The notes beneath the pieces are model-generated. The model ran no database searches. It worked only from the letters and a program-made list of their open reading frames with translations, and was not told where the DNA came from. This document shows, one piece after another, positions 1 through 13,300 of a stretch of DNA of 64,000 bases. A program made the position numbers and the translations under genes. How positions within the stretch are numbered: position 1 is the first letter of the stretch; every line of letters starts with the position of its first letter. This DNA comes from Bilabrum cf. latius (taxonomy: Eukaryota), in assembly GCA_965178125.1 (NCBI GenBank), contig OZ237742.1, forward strand, positions 806,001-870,000. Reading direction: 5' to 3'.

Positions 1-13
1 CCAAGCTACACAC

Positions 14-2593
14 TCACAGCTCCTCGTCCCTCCCGGCAGCCCCGCCATCCGCACCACCCTGCGATGCACCTCCACCGCCACTCTGTACCCCGTGCTGCCC
101 CAACAGCTTGACCAGATCAAAGTCCCTGACTCGGAGCGCAAATTGCATGGCGCTCTCTCCGTCGCCGCACCGCACGTCCTCCCCTCCCCTGCCGCCCGCC
201 TCGAGCAGAACCTGCGCGGCGCCCGTCTTCCGGTGGCGCACGGCAACCAGCAGTGCAGTGCATCCGTCGCTCCTCGGAGCCTCAAGAACAGCTAGTGCGG
301 GGGGTACTGGCACCCCCTGCGCTGACGCGCCCTCATTCTCACCCCCACTCTCACCCTCACCCGATCCATTTGAGCTCCCCGATGCGCCGGCAGCAGCCGG
401 GGCTGACTGCCTCGGGACGTGCTTCAGCATCGCCTCCAGCGCCTCCTTGTTCCCTGCCTCTGCAGCCACATGCAGGGGCGTCTCCCCCTTCAACCCTCGA
501 TCTGACGTGGAATACCCCGCGCGAAGCAGGAGGGTCACCACCTCCGGGTCACCAACCTAGGCGGCGTGGTGCAACGGGCTCCGGCCAGTGCCACTCGCCC
601 GCAGCCCCAGACCAGCCTCGCGACCCATGGCGCCCATCAGACGGTAGGCCACCGCCATAGCGCCCCTACCCCTGCCGTCGCACGCGAGGTGCAGTGGCGA
701 AAGACCGTCCTTGCCCGCCTCGGCGAACGGCGAAGCGCCGGCCTGGAGCAGCTGCTCCACAGCCTGCATAGCGTGCGTGCCCGCCGCAAAGTGCAGAGCA
801 GTGGCCCCGCTGGACTCAACGGTCCTGTTCACGTCCGCGCCCGCCCTCAGAAGCATCGAAATCACCCTCTACCCCCGCCTCCCCGCCCTCGCCGCGACGT
901 GCAGCGCAGTCTGCCCGTCGGGCCCCGCCGCATCCACCTTGGTACGCTCGTCCGCCAGCAGCTCGGCGACCACCAGCCAGTGTCCCTGCTCGGCAGCGGC
1001 ATGGAGGGGCGTGCCGCCGTCCTTGGTCGCCTTGTTCGGGTCAGCCCCGCCCTTGCGCATGAGAAGTCGCACGGCGTTCGTCCTGCCCATCCCGCTGGCA
1101 TAGAAGAGCGGCGTGGCCCCCAGCTTGCTCGCCCTGTCCACCAGAGTGCGTTCCTGGGCAAGGATTGCGTCTACGACGCCGTCGTAGCCGTTGCCCGCCG
1201 CCTGGTACAGTGCAGTGGTGCCATCCCGAGGCAAGCGCGCGTTGAGAAGGACCTGCCCGTCTCGTTTCTCAAGAAGCATGGCGGCCGCTTCTGGCCTATT
1301 GTACATGGCTGCGATCATCAGAGGGGTGCTGCCCTCCATGCTGGCCGCCTGGCGCGCCCCGCCATCCAGGAGTGCCTTCACGCAAGCGGTGTGGCCGTTC
1401 TCCACCGCGGCGTGCAGGGCCGTGGCACCGTTTCCCGCCTCGAACCCAAAATTGGAGAGATGCTCGTACCCCGTCCCCTCCACGCTCTCGCTGCCTTCGA
1501 AGAAGCCGTAGTCCGGATCGCCGGGGTCCGGGGAGCCGAACTCCTCGCTCATGCTACGGTGCAGCGTCACGTCCATGCTCGGCGGGGTCACCGGCATCTC
1601 GAAATTCGGATCGGCTCCCGCCTGCAAGAGGGCGGTTACAACCGCCGTGTGCCCGTTCTGCGAAGCGAGGTACAGAGGAGTCGTGTCCCCCAGCAGCTTG
1701 CCATTGATGTCCCCGCCGCATTTTGCCAGGGCGACGACGGCGTCCGTCATGCTCAGATCGGCAGCGGCGTGCAGCGGCGTGCCACCGTGCACTTTTTCCG
1801 CCGAAGCATCTGCTCCGTGCTCGCACAGGACCTCGATTGCCTCCACCGCGCCCATCTCGGCGGCGAAGTGCAGCGGCGTGCTCCCCGCAAACTTGTGCTT
1901 CGCATCGATGTCTGCGTGTGCTTCTACCAGCAGTCGTATGATTTCCGTTTGGTTCATGGTGGCTGCCACGTGGAGAGGCGCCATGCCTGCGTTGGATGCC
2001 TGGTCCCGCTGTGCTCCCCTCGACAGGAGGTACTTCACGACCTTGGTCTGATTCGCAGATACCGCGGCGAGCAGCGGCGTGGTTCCGTCATCGGACGGCT
2101 CGTCCACGTCGTACTCGCCCTCTTCGATCAACTCTCGCAAGCGGTCCAGGTCTCCCGTCGCTGCCGCCGAATGCAATGGCGATCTTGACCGCAGCAGGCG
2201 CGTCACGGACGGAACGATGCCGAACTCCATGAGAGTTTGCGCACTGTCTAGATTTCCTGTTTGTCCCGCCCAATAGGCATGCTTGTACCACGTTTTGGTG
2301 TCGCCAGTCCGCTATACGTACGATTGCATGCGCCCCCACTGCCGAGATCCGACCGAAGCGGGCACGTCACGAGCTGGGACAACCACATCGGTATCAACCA
2401 CAGATTCCCATACCTACGTCCCAAGCTGCAGTGCATTTTCTGCCGGGCCAGCGTGGGGATGTGGCAGACTGCCAAGATCGGTGCGCGCCAGGGGAAACAT
2501 ATCCTCGACTGGGCTTTCTTCGCCATTCGACGCATGAGCAAGGGCTATGCATACGACAAGAACAAGATAATATAATGTAAGCGAGCGCATCAT
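14..2593 (-). CDS. Ankyrin-repeat protein (~860 aa) with an N-terminal signal peptide
   Basis: Many TPLHxAA ankyrin motifs. ORF pieces 869-2230, 557-865, 14-541 and the distal part of 2414-2917 share one frame and are separated only by TAG (2414, 2312, 869, 557). Starts MMRSLTLYYLVLVVCIALAHA and ends TGA at 14-16. Confidence 0.85.
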
Positions 2594-2714
2594 CCGAGAT
2601 ATCAGTTGGTGTGCATGATGGGCTGCCTTGTGTGCGAGGTTCCGCAACATCTGGAGCAGGTGGCCCACGTCCTCAAGGCGGTTCAGCTTATGGATATAGA
2701 GCATGTGGCATAGC

Positions 2715-4025
2715 TCACGGGGCCTCCTTGCCCTGTCTCCGTATCGAGGAAATCCCGTGGGTTGCAAGTCGGCCCGCCACAGCGCTGGCGGCAAGAGGCC
2801 CCGCAGCGTCAGATGAGTCGCGCACTCCCGCCTCGGCCTCCGTGCGGCTGCCAACATTCGAGGCTGCCGAATCGCGCACCAAGCTCCTGCCGCGCCCCTG
2901 CTTCCCATGCTCTGCATCTAGCCACTGAGAGATCGCAACATCCTGATCCGCCACCGCGCGCGCATGCAGCCCGCCGTCCGAAATGTTGCGTCGCTGCTTC
3001 ACAGACGATTTGGAGTCTATTTTCGGCGCGGTGGCTGGACCAAGCAGCGGTCCGGGCCCGGTACTGCTGCTGTCACCGGCGGCAGCAAACACTGTGCCGC
3101 TACCAGTAGTCTTGATGCCAGCGCCTTTGAAATGCCCTTGCCCGTGCCCATTTCCCTGCGACATTCGACTGGAATCGAACGGCACGTTGGTTCCTTTCCT
3201 CGGACCACACCCACAAAATGATAAAATGGGCCTGGCCAACCCAGAGACACACCGGCTCACGGCCGATTGCACCTCACCCAGCGGAGGACAAGGCAGCCAG
3301 GTGCACCTTTGCCTACGACTGCTGCGCTCCTTGCCAGACTATCGCTCTCGCGCCGCTAAAGCCCAGCCGCTTAGGTGCTGCCTCGCTGCATCCCCCGCTC
3401 CCTTTCTCGCCCTGTCAAATCTAGACATTGATTCTGCCAGCAGGTAGGCGAGCATTCCGACGCACACGTGCCAGCCGGAGTGCCACAGCCGAGCGAAGTC
3501 GTGCTCGTCGTCCAAACCTTTGACAAAGCAAGCAGCGGCAGCGACACCAACTAGGAGTGCTCCTCGAAAGGCCCACGGCACAATAACAGGTGCTTGCTTC
3601 TGGTAGCACCACCGGGCAGCGCAGACAAGCGCAGACGCTGCGATCGGCAGCACCGTCCATATCACCTCCCATGGGGCCCGCTCTTGCAGAACGACAATAA
3701 TCAGTCCGAAGATCCAACGAATTATTTCGTCCATCCTGGCATCGCTGTTCTGCATCAGTGCGATAGCTATCCCAACAAATGTGATTTGAGAAGTCACGTT
3801 GTCCAGTCGGTGCCAGGTTAGGGAGGTCATATCGGCAAATTCCCCACCAATTGTGTCTAAACTGTGGTATATTACACTAGTTATTACACTTGCAAGTCCA
3901 ATCACACATTCAGTTCGCCGGCCGTTGCGCCAGCCGAGCACAATCGCCGGCAGCATTGCTACATGAGACGCTACCGATGCGTAAAGCTGCATGTTGCGCT
4001 CGTACTCGGTCGTTGGCGGCCCCAT
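2715..4025 (-). CDS. TMEM8/myomaker-like (DUF3522, CREST superfamily) multi-TM protein with a low-complexity C-terminal tail
   Basis: SxxYH, D and HSxWH motifs with about 7 hydrophobic segments. TAG at 3339 reads into the same-frame ORF 2715-3272; ends TGA. Confidence 0.7.
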
Positions 4026-4176
4026 GCCTGAAATTCAATACATAGAGGAAGGGAGTTAATCCACACGTCGTTTCATGGACTTACGATGTTGCAAAAATGC
4101 AAGTGGACCTCTTTTCACGGCACTGCAGCGCTCCCGTCGAAATGACGGCCCGAAGTTGTAGGTCATTTACGTCAAG

Positions 4177-5679
4177 ATGATTGCGCTATCGGCATGCATC
4201 GCTCTACTAATCGGGTCAGCACGTGCTATTTTGAACGTACCTCATCGTGCTCGAGGGGGGAGACTGTTCCAAGAGCTTGGTGGATCAGCGATCATGAACG
4301 CAACCATGGCTGCCAAGACCTACACGCAGCAGCAAGATCACGGCGATCCGTCAAAAGGGTAGTATTAGTAGCGCTACTACGAGGATCTCTCAGTGTACAA
4401 CGCCAGCCGTGAGCCGATGTCTACGTCTTTCCCCGCGTACGCTCCCAGAAATACTGGCGATGCTGGAGCATGTTGTCCTTTTTGAGACTCTCTGCTCGCA
4501 GACGGCCCGCTCTTCGTGTACATTGGTGGAGAAGGTCCACTCGGCGGTACTCCAAGCGGCTATGTAATGAACATCGCGCGAGCTGTCGGTGCGGCGGTGG
4601 TTGCGATCGAGCACCGATTCTATGGGGAATCCATCCCTGGGGACAGCTTCGAATCGGACAACCTGAAGCTCCTAACAGTGGACCAGGCCCTCAAGGACGC
4701 CGCGACGTTCACCACCTGGTGGCGGCAGCAAAACAACTTCAAGGACAGCCAGCGAACCCTCGCGATCGGGGGGTCGTACCCAGGTGCCCTCGCGGCCTGG
4801 GCCAGGGTGGACCACCCCGACGTCTTCTACGCGGCGTGGTCCTCAAGCGGCGTGGTGGAGGCCAAGGAATCGTTCCCGGAGTTTGACGCACACGTCGCCG
4901 CCGCCCTGACGCGGGATGTGGATCCCGCCTGCCTGCCGACGATCAAGGCAACCATGGCTGCATTTGAAAAGGCCATGGTCGCGGGCGGGCAGGAAAAAGA
5001 CGATGTCAAGGCGCTCTTTGGCGCCGAGGATGTGGAAGACGATCGCGATTTCTACTACATGCTCGCCGACAGCGCCTCGATGGCCGTGCAGTACGGCACC
5101 AAACAGGCCATGTGCTAGGCTCTCAAGACCCACGGGCCCGACAGCGATCCCAGGGATCTCAGGGAACAATTCGCGGACTTCACAAACGACCACTACGGGC
5201 ACGACTTCGGGAGCGACTGCTTCTACGACACGTTCTGCCTCAAGCAGGAAAAGGACCGCTGGCAGCCCACCGCCCGCGCGTGGAGGTGGCAAAAGTGCCA
5301 CGAGCTCGCCTACTTCCAGGTGGCTCCCACCCAGGGGTCCATCCGTCCGGCCTCCGTGGACCTGGACTACCACCTGGAGCAGTGCAGGGAGGTGTTCCAA
5401 ATCGCCGACATGAGCCCATCGGTCGACGCCATCAACGCCCACTACGGCGGGGCTCGGCCCAAGACGGACCGTGTGATCGCTAGCGGTGGGGGAGACGACC
5501 CCTGGCTTGAGGTGTCCGTTCAGAAGACGCTCGGGCCCGAGTATCCGGAGGACACGGCGTGGTGCAACGGGTGCGGCCACTGCAAGGACCTGCACTCCCC
5601 TTCTGACAGCGACCTGCCGCCCACGCAGAAGCAGAGGCAGCTGGAGGCCGCGCGGATTCTCGAGTGGATGGACGCGTGA
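4177..5679 (+). CDS. Serine carboxypeptidase S28 family peptidase (secreted); intron 4409-4501
   Basis: Signal peptide, QDH...Y(Q)(Q)RYY, GPLFVYIGGEG, EHRFYGES, GGSYPG (catalytic Ser), DPW and HCKDL. In-frame TAGs at 4360, 4366, 4369 and 5116; ends TGA. Confidence 0.92.
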
Positions 5680-6110
5680 GAACGAGAAGGGCGACGAAAT
5701 GTTTTCGTAGCTAGCAATAAGACATGGATCTGATGAGTGCTTGGCTTCGTCCGGTTCACGTGCGGCTTTGCTTCGCTGCTTGCCGGCCGTGGCTCATTGT
5801 GCGTGCTAGCGCTAGCCAAGCCTTGTGGGCACATTTGGGAAACGCAATGCTTGGGGCGCACGCTCACTCCATGATACCTGAGACCGGACAATGGCTTTCT
5901 ATTTGCGAAACCACCACCTTCAGAGCTAGTCAAAGAGCTTTTCACCGAATCCATGCAGGTTGTTGCGCATCACATCACGGACCATTGGATGCCTCACTGC
6001 CTCTCCCGGAAGGCGAACAGGCCCGCCGTCCCGTTAGTTCATGCCCGACCGCAACGCTAATAGTAGTATCCCAGCGCAACACCCTGTTTTCCACTTCCCA
6101 GCAACGTGTC

Positions 6111-7090
6111 TCACTTGCCAGCGCCACCGCCGGAAGCCTGTGCGGCGACCGCCTCTGCCTTCTTCTTGGCCTCCTCTGCGTCTCCCAGGTAATAGTGCTT
6201 GATCGGCTTGAGATCCTCGTCGAGCTCATACACGAGAGGCACGCCTGTGGGAATGTTGAGGCCCGTGATGTCCTCCTCGCTGACGTCGTCGAGCATCTTG
6301 ACGAGTGCCCTGAGGGAGTTGCCGTGCGCCGCGATGAGGATCTTCTCGCCGGCCTTGATCTTCGGCGCGATCTCGTCCTCCCACACGGGCATGAACCGCT
6401 CGCCCGTCAGCTTGAGGCTCTCGGCCGCGGGCAGCAGCTTTGGATCAACCCCATTGTACTTCTCCTCGTGGGACGGGTGCCGCTCGTCGGACGTCTCTAG
6501 AGATGGGGGCGGGGTGGCGTAGCTCCGCCGCCAGACGTGCACCTGCTCTTTTCCGTGTTTTTCTGCGGTTTCGGCTTTGTTCAATCCTTGAAGGGCTCCG
6601 TAGTGGCGCTCATTCAGCCTCCAGGTGCGCTCCACGGGGATCCACATCTGGTCTGTTTCTTCCAGCACATGCCACAGCGTGCCAATGGCTCTTTTGAGGA
6701 CAGACGTGTACGCTCTGTCAAACTTGTAGTCACCTTCTTTGAGGAGCTTTCCAGCCTGTACGGCTTCCTGGTGCCCGAGCTCGGTGAGGGCGGCGTCGTG
6801 CCATCCCTGCAAAGGCAGACGAGATTCAGCCAGCAGCAGCTAGTGTTGGCACAACGGAGGCCAGTAGAAAAATCTTTCACAGCAGTGTTCATCATGCTAG
6901 TGGCGTGGTGTGTATCGCAGTAAAGCACAGGCGGGAGTGGAAACATGGAAAGGATAGCGACTGGTAGGTGATTGGAGATTCGATCAGCTTCACTCACGCA
7001 AAACCTGTTGGATTCGTTGTAGACCGACTGGCCATGGCGCACCAACACGAGCTTAAATACCTTTCCATCGGATTTGCCAGCAGATGCCAT
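6111..7090 (-). CDS. PGAM: 2,3-bisphosphoglycerate-dependent phosphoglycerate mutase; intron ~6809-7000
   Basis: [39 protein letters not shown] and [14 protein letters not shown] motifs. No internal TAG; ends TGA. Confidence 0.95.
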
Positions 7091-7322
7091 CTTCAGCCTC
7101 AGCGTATGGAGCAACAATTCCTGACTTCGTGGCGATGGATCTTCTTCCGGTGTTTTCCCGGCTCGCGGGTGTGATGACGACCAACGATTGCAGGCTGATG
7201 TGTTGTGCAGTGCGTGTCTAAAATAGAAGCTTTATGCAGCAAAAAATGCCCTGCCTCATTGTCTAGAACCAGCTCCCGATACCATTGCTAGCCTACCCGC
7301 TTGCAGCTGTCTCAAGTGGCAG

Positions 7323-10300
7323 TCATGGCAGAGCACCCGACCCCGTAGTCGCAGAACCGTCCCCCACAGCCGATGCCCCGACAGCAGAAGGCACCACCGA
7401 CCCACCGTCTAGCCCGCCTGCTCTCATGCCCCCACCCACGGCCGAGAGCCCAGAAGGCTTCAGGAACGTGGAGCCCCCGGAACCGCCCCCCTATTGCTGG
7501 GACGGCGATGCGCCGCGGCCGCCAGCACCTGCCCTTGCGGAACCGGAACCGGCGCCGCGCGCTCCCACGAGGCTGTCTCGGGGCAGGCTGGCAGAGCTGT
7601 GACGGTCATCTGCCACAGAGCCTGGGCCGTCAGGCAGGAGCTCATTGATCCCGGGCCCGCCCACGACAGGCGACATGGGCGCCCCGCTGATCTCCGAAGG
7701 TGTCTCCATGTGGGCGACGGTCAGGGGGCCTCCCCCCGGGGGCGCCATTGCGCCTACCGGTGGTGGAGGCCGCATGGCGTCCTCGCCGGTGGGCGGTTCC
7801 GCTGTTGCACCAGCACCAGCACCAGCACCTGCAGCGTTGATGGCAAGCATCGCTGTGGGCAGCGGCCCCCTGACCGCGGGATACCTGACGGCAGAGGCGC
7901 TCTGGCTCGCGGCGCTGGCGCTGTCGTCCATCGCGTGGGGGGAAGACGCGAGACCCGCCACCACGTCGGCGTCGGGGACTCCGACGCCGGATGCCTCAGA
8001 ACCGCGAACGAAAGGGTCAGTCACGTGCACTGCACTCGTCACACCGGCACCGCTGCTCCCACTCGCAACTCCGGCAGAGGCTCGGGCGGGCGGCGGTGGG
8101 GGCGCCATTGCTACTGCTTGCTGCTGCTAAACAGCCGAACTAGAGGCCGTGTGCCCAGCGGTTTGCGCCTCCGCCGCTCGCGCCACCCTGCTCGACACGA
8201 CGGCTGGTGCTGCTGATGCCCAGGGCTGCAGCTGGCTCGAACCTACGTGGGCGCCAGAAGCACCCGATACCACGCTCACGCCGCCGATACCCCCGGGCAG
8301 CTATCCTTGAATCGTAGGCACCTGCATACCCTGCTGGATTGGGCCAGCGTTCACAGAAATTGTCCCTGCTACCATAGGTATACTCGACTGGGGCACCGGA
8401 CCGTGTCCAACTGTAGGAACTTCAATTTCATGGCTGCTGTGCCTTGGTGACAGCAGGGCAGGCGTGCTCGCCGTTGGTGTGCCGGCCGGGTAGCTGCTGC
8501 CAGGGACCGTCCCGGTGACTGCGGTGGCGGCCTGGTCTGCGCGACTGGAGCCGGCTAGAGCCTGGGATGAATCGCCGGTCCTTGGGGCTTTCGCATTCCT
8601 TCCGCCAGAATCGCCAGACGCGATCGGGGGGGGTACCTGGTCGGTTTCCCTCGGCCGTTTGGATCCCACGCGGTGGTGCTTGCTGCTGCTGCTGCTGCTG
8701 CTGCTCCTGCCACTGCTGCCGTGCTTCTTGCCGCCGCGCGACGATGATGATGACCCATGCCTACCTCTCCCGCTTGCCTTCCCACTGCTGCTGCCACTCT
8801 TCCTCTTCAGCAGGTGCGGAGCCAGCGCCTGCGCCTGCAGCTTGAGCGTGTCGTTCTGTGCCGCCAGCGCACCCAGCGCCTTGTTCATTAGCTCGGTGTC
8901 CTTTCTGGCAGCAACTGCGTCTTCTTCCATGCGACGGATGGCAGCAGTGGCGTGAGATATAGCGCGAGCTGCAGCCAACGCGGCCTGTCCCGCAGCCACC
9001 GCGGCACTTTGGGCGGCAGCCGGATCCATCTGGTGAGAGTCCGGTGCTGACGACCTGCTGCTGTCGTCTGGAATGCTGGCATCGAGCTGCATACCGTGCT
9101 CGTTCCACCGCGTGCTGTGCCCGGCTTGGCTGGTGCTGCCCCTCCTCGACCTGCTCCTGCTGCCGCCCCTGCTACGCTTCGAGCTGCCCTTGCCCGACGG
9201 CCCGCCGGTGCCTGTGGTAGAGTCAGACTTGACGGACCCGCGGCGGGAGCTTCGGCTGCGATGAGTTCCGCGGCCAGACCGCCTCGAGCTGCCACGCGAG
9301 CTGCGGCCACTTGACCTCCCGTCCTAATCCTCGTCCTCGTCCTCGTTCTCGTCTGCCTCGTTGCTGGAAGCGCCCCGACTGCGGCTCCTGCTCCTGCTCC
9401 TGCTCCTGGTTACCGGGCCCTGCTGCCTGTTGGCGTTTGCTTCCTTGCCGATGGACCCGTCCGTGGCGCGGCGACTCCCAGACGCGTGGGTGCTCGGGTG
9501 GCCGCCTGCTCCGCTCTCCGCGGCGCTGCCACCCGCAGTGCTGTTCTCGGCCTTGCCTCCGGATCCCAAGTGCCGCGGCGTCATGGCCGTGCTGACCGAT
9601 GGCCCGTCCCCACCAACCGACCCGCCGCCGATGACCAGCGATTCGGCGCCCGTGGCAGAGGATGCCAGCCTGGCCTGTAGATCGCTGGTACCCGTCAATC
9701 TCCTGGGGAGCTCTGCGCCGCCCCTGCCCCGGGATCCCCTGGAAGCCGCGCCATCGCTTGTCTGGTGCGCGGAAGACGCGGCGTCCGAATTCCCGCCAGC
9801 AGCGGCCGTGTGCGCAGCAATGATCGCCTGCGTCGCATCCACGGCCGCCGAGTTGCACAGGCTTTCCACCGCTCCGGGCGCGCCCGCGAGGGCAGCCGAC
9901 ACCCTGGATGCAGCCATGTCCCTGGCCCTAGCCTGCACATAGTCCTGCACCGCCTGGGACCTCGTGTCTCTAGAGCCCGTGTTGTGGGAGCCAGTGCCAC
10001 GAGTGGACGAGGAAGCTTGTGACGCGGTTCCTGCGGCCCCCGTCTCCACGTCAGGTAGGATGTCTGGCCCCGCGCTGTTGATGGCCTGGTTCATCGCATC
10101 GAGCTCGGCGACCGCTCTGTTCAAAGTCTCCGCGGGGTGAGCGCCGACCGCTCTCACCACCTCTACGGCGGCTTGTCTCACGGCCACGGCGGCCGCAGCC
10201 ACCTGTCGCTTCGCCTCCGTGGCCATGTCTTCCGTTGCCATGGAGGAGGCCGCCCCGCCCGACCTCTCGCTCGTGCTCATCCTGTCCTTGAGCTCCGCAG

Positions 10301-13300
10301 CACCGCCGATGCCCTGGCTCTCTAGGAGTCCTAGCGCCCCGTGGATGTTCTGCTGAGCAGCCTGAGGGTTCCTGCCAGACGACATCAGGTCTGCCGGTGG
10401 TGGAGCGGGGGCAGGCGACGGTATCTCGCCCCTTGCCTCCACGCCGACGATCACGGGGGGCGCGCTCCCCGCCCCGCTGTCGGTGGTGCCGCCCTCGCTA
10501 GCAGCCGCGATGGATTTCGCCGGCTCGGAAGGCACTGCCATGGACACGCTCCCTGCCGCAACGGCTCTTCCAGAGCTGCCGCCTCCTGAATTTGAGGCGT
10601 CGGCTTCTTCGCTTCGCCTGCTTCCACGCCATGAGGCATCAGCGGACGGGTCGCTGCCGCTGCCGCCCTCCTTCTTGTCGCTGCCATCATCGTCCCGCAT
10701 GGGCACCTAGCCCCCTGCGGCACCGCCGGACTGCTCTTTTCGTGCGCCAGAGTCCTTGGACCCTCTTCGACTGCGTGAGCTCCGAGTCGATCGTCGTGCC
10801 GAACCAGTCGAGCCAGAACGTGTCCTTGTGCTAGGTCCGGCAGCATGTGAACGCTCTGTGCCCTCAAGCACGTCATTTTTCGCATCTTGCTATGTGTTTG
10901 CGGCGTTGCTGGAGGACTCCGCTGCAGCAGACGACGCCGAGGATGATGAAGAAGTGGGCTGCTTATCCTACCCGCTCGAGCCCTCCATACGCTGCTGCCC
11001 TGCCTGCTTGCCGTTCCCTCCCTTAGGTGCAGGGCCTGCAGCATCGCTCTCCTGCTGCTGCTGCGCTCTTGAGTTGCTGTGCCCTTCCGGCGGACTGCAG
11101 CTCCGCAGGTCTGCCACATTGACCATCATGCTAGAGGCGCCCCCGTCCACGACAGCCTGCAGACTGCCGTCTTTCATGGTCAGTCTGAGCTGGATGTCGA
11201 TGGGCAAGCTGACCGTCGTGCCATTGTAGTCTAGCTTGATAGCCAGCGGCATCGTCGTGGCGGTCGAGTTGGCCGCTGCCTCCGAGCTGGAGGTGGATCG
11301 AGCCACGCTGGCGGCGAGCTGCTGCTGCAGACCTTGCTGCAAAGCCTGCTGAAGTATGGGCTGCGGGATGACCGGGGCCGGCCCCGTGGAACTCTCTCCG
11401 CTCGCCGTAGGAGACTGTGCAGAGAGCCCCCCTGCGTGCAGCGTTGCCTCCGTGGGGTCGTGTCCGGGGGGCAGCTCCTGCTCCTGCTACCTCTGCGGCG
11501 CCTCTAGCGCGGACCGTCTCTCATCCAAGGCAGAGCCGTCCGCGGCGCTCATGTAGTCAGGAATGGCGCCCTCTGCGGCAAGCTGCGGCGTAACTTGAGA
11601 GCTTGCGTCGTGTCTCTGGTTCTGGTGCTGCCCCTGCCCGGCCCTTCTAGCGGCAGATCTGTGTTCCCCGAACGAGTCCACAGACACAGCCAAGTCGGGG
11701 ATCTCCTGGTGCATGGCTCCAGACCCGCGAGTGCGGTGGTGCATCTGCTGCTGTATCTAGTACTGCTACATCTGACGGTTCCCTTGGACAGATCTCCCTG
11801 GTGGCATGCGCACGCGGCCGCTAAACGTGCCAGCACGCGCACCTACTTGCTGTAGCTGTCGAAACTGCCCTTGCCCTTGCCCCTGCTGTCCCTGTGGCCT
11901 CGGAACGGCATGCTGTTGGTGTGCTAGGCCTCTGGAGTCCCCTGAGTTCTCGCGAGGAGACATGCGCTCCTGCTGCTGCTGCTGCTGCTAACCGCCATTG
12001 TTCCCTGCGGCCGCATCCAGCCTTGAGAGGGGTCTCCCGTCGCGTGCCTTACTGGCGGAGTGTCCCGTGCCGTCTGCCTTTCTGTGCTTGCCCAGAGACA
12101 GCAGCACTTCCGATGCCACTGTGTCATCGTCACCACCCTCTTCCTGCCCGCCAGGTCCCCCAGAATTCTGACCGTGCGGCTAGCTGTGTGATGGATGCTG
12201 CGGTTGCAGTGAGACCCCCTGTCGCTGGGGCTGGAAGCGCTGCTGCTGCCGCTGCTGCTGCTGCTGCTGCTGCTGCCCAGCGTTCCTGGTCATGATTTGA
12301 TCTGGCGGCGGAAGCGATGCCGGCAAGGAGTGCAGATCATCTAAAATGCCCAACTGCGATCCACCCGCGCCCCTGGACCCCATCCCATTTCCATTTCCAT
12401 TTCCAATACCATTCCCATTTCCGGTGCCGATCTGCCCGTAACCATGGCCCATGTTAGGGGGAAATGGTCCCGCCGCTGCCCCGCCAACCCTCCCTTCCTG
12501 CCCGAGCATCGAGCCACCCGCGACAGCTCCCTGCATCCCAGAGTGAAGGCTTCCTGGCGCCATGGGTGAGGCCGATGCGGAGGCCGATGCGGAGCTCTGC
12601 ATGGCCGGGACATACGGGCCCTGGGTGGCAGCACCCATGGGCGGGGACTGAGAGAACACAGTATGGCTGACGGAGACGCCGCCCCCCATCCCAGCCCCCG
12701 CACTCCCGTGCCCGCTCATACTCATACCGCTGTGCCCTGCCGCTGTCTGGGGCACTGATGACCTCCTTGGGGGGAGGGGGCCTGGCGCCCCTACCAACTG
12801 CCCGATGCTGCTGCTGCTGCTGCTGCCGGACGTGTGGGGTCCGCTGCCGCTGCTAGTGAGATCCCCGCTTGTGGAGACGCCTTGGGTAGGCTCGAACATG
12901 CCCCCGTTCATGTCCCCGCCCCTGTGCCTCCCATCCATCATGCCAAGGGGCAACTGCTCCTGCTGCATCATCCCTCCCGTTCCTGCTCCCGCATCCATGG
13001 CCCATCGAGTTGGGCTCTGACCAGAGGAGGACCTGCCAGCCTCCTGATGCTGATGCTGGGCCATGGCCATCGAGCCAGCCTCCTGATGCTGATGCTGGGC
13101 CATGGCCATCGAGGCTGCGGCCTGGAAATGATGCTGAGTGAATTGGGCCGGGTGAGAGGAGCTTCGTTGCATCGCATTGCCGCGCTGGTAGGGCTGTTGC
13201 CCCGCGGGATACCCTCGGTGAGTCGAGTGGTACTGGGCTGCTGAGAGCCTCCCCTGCGCCAATACCTGCTGGCCTCCCTGCGCCTGTGGGGGTCCATCGT

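Noticed and set aside
566-2188. 540-aa plus-strand ORF and similar antisense ORFs (e.g. 42805-44250, 45395-46543)
   Set aside because: They are antisense shadows of GC3-rich genes and have no recognisable motifs.
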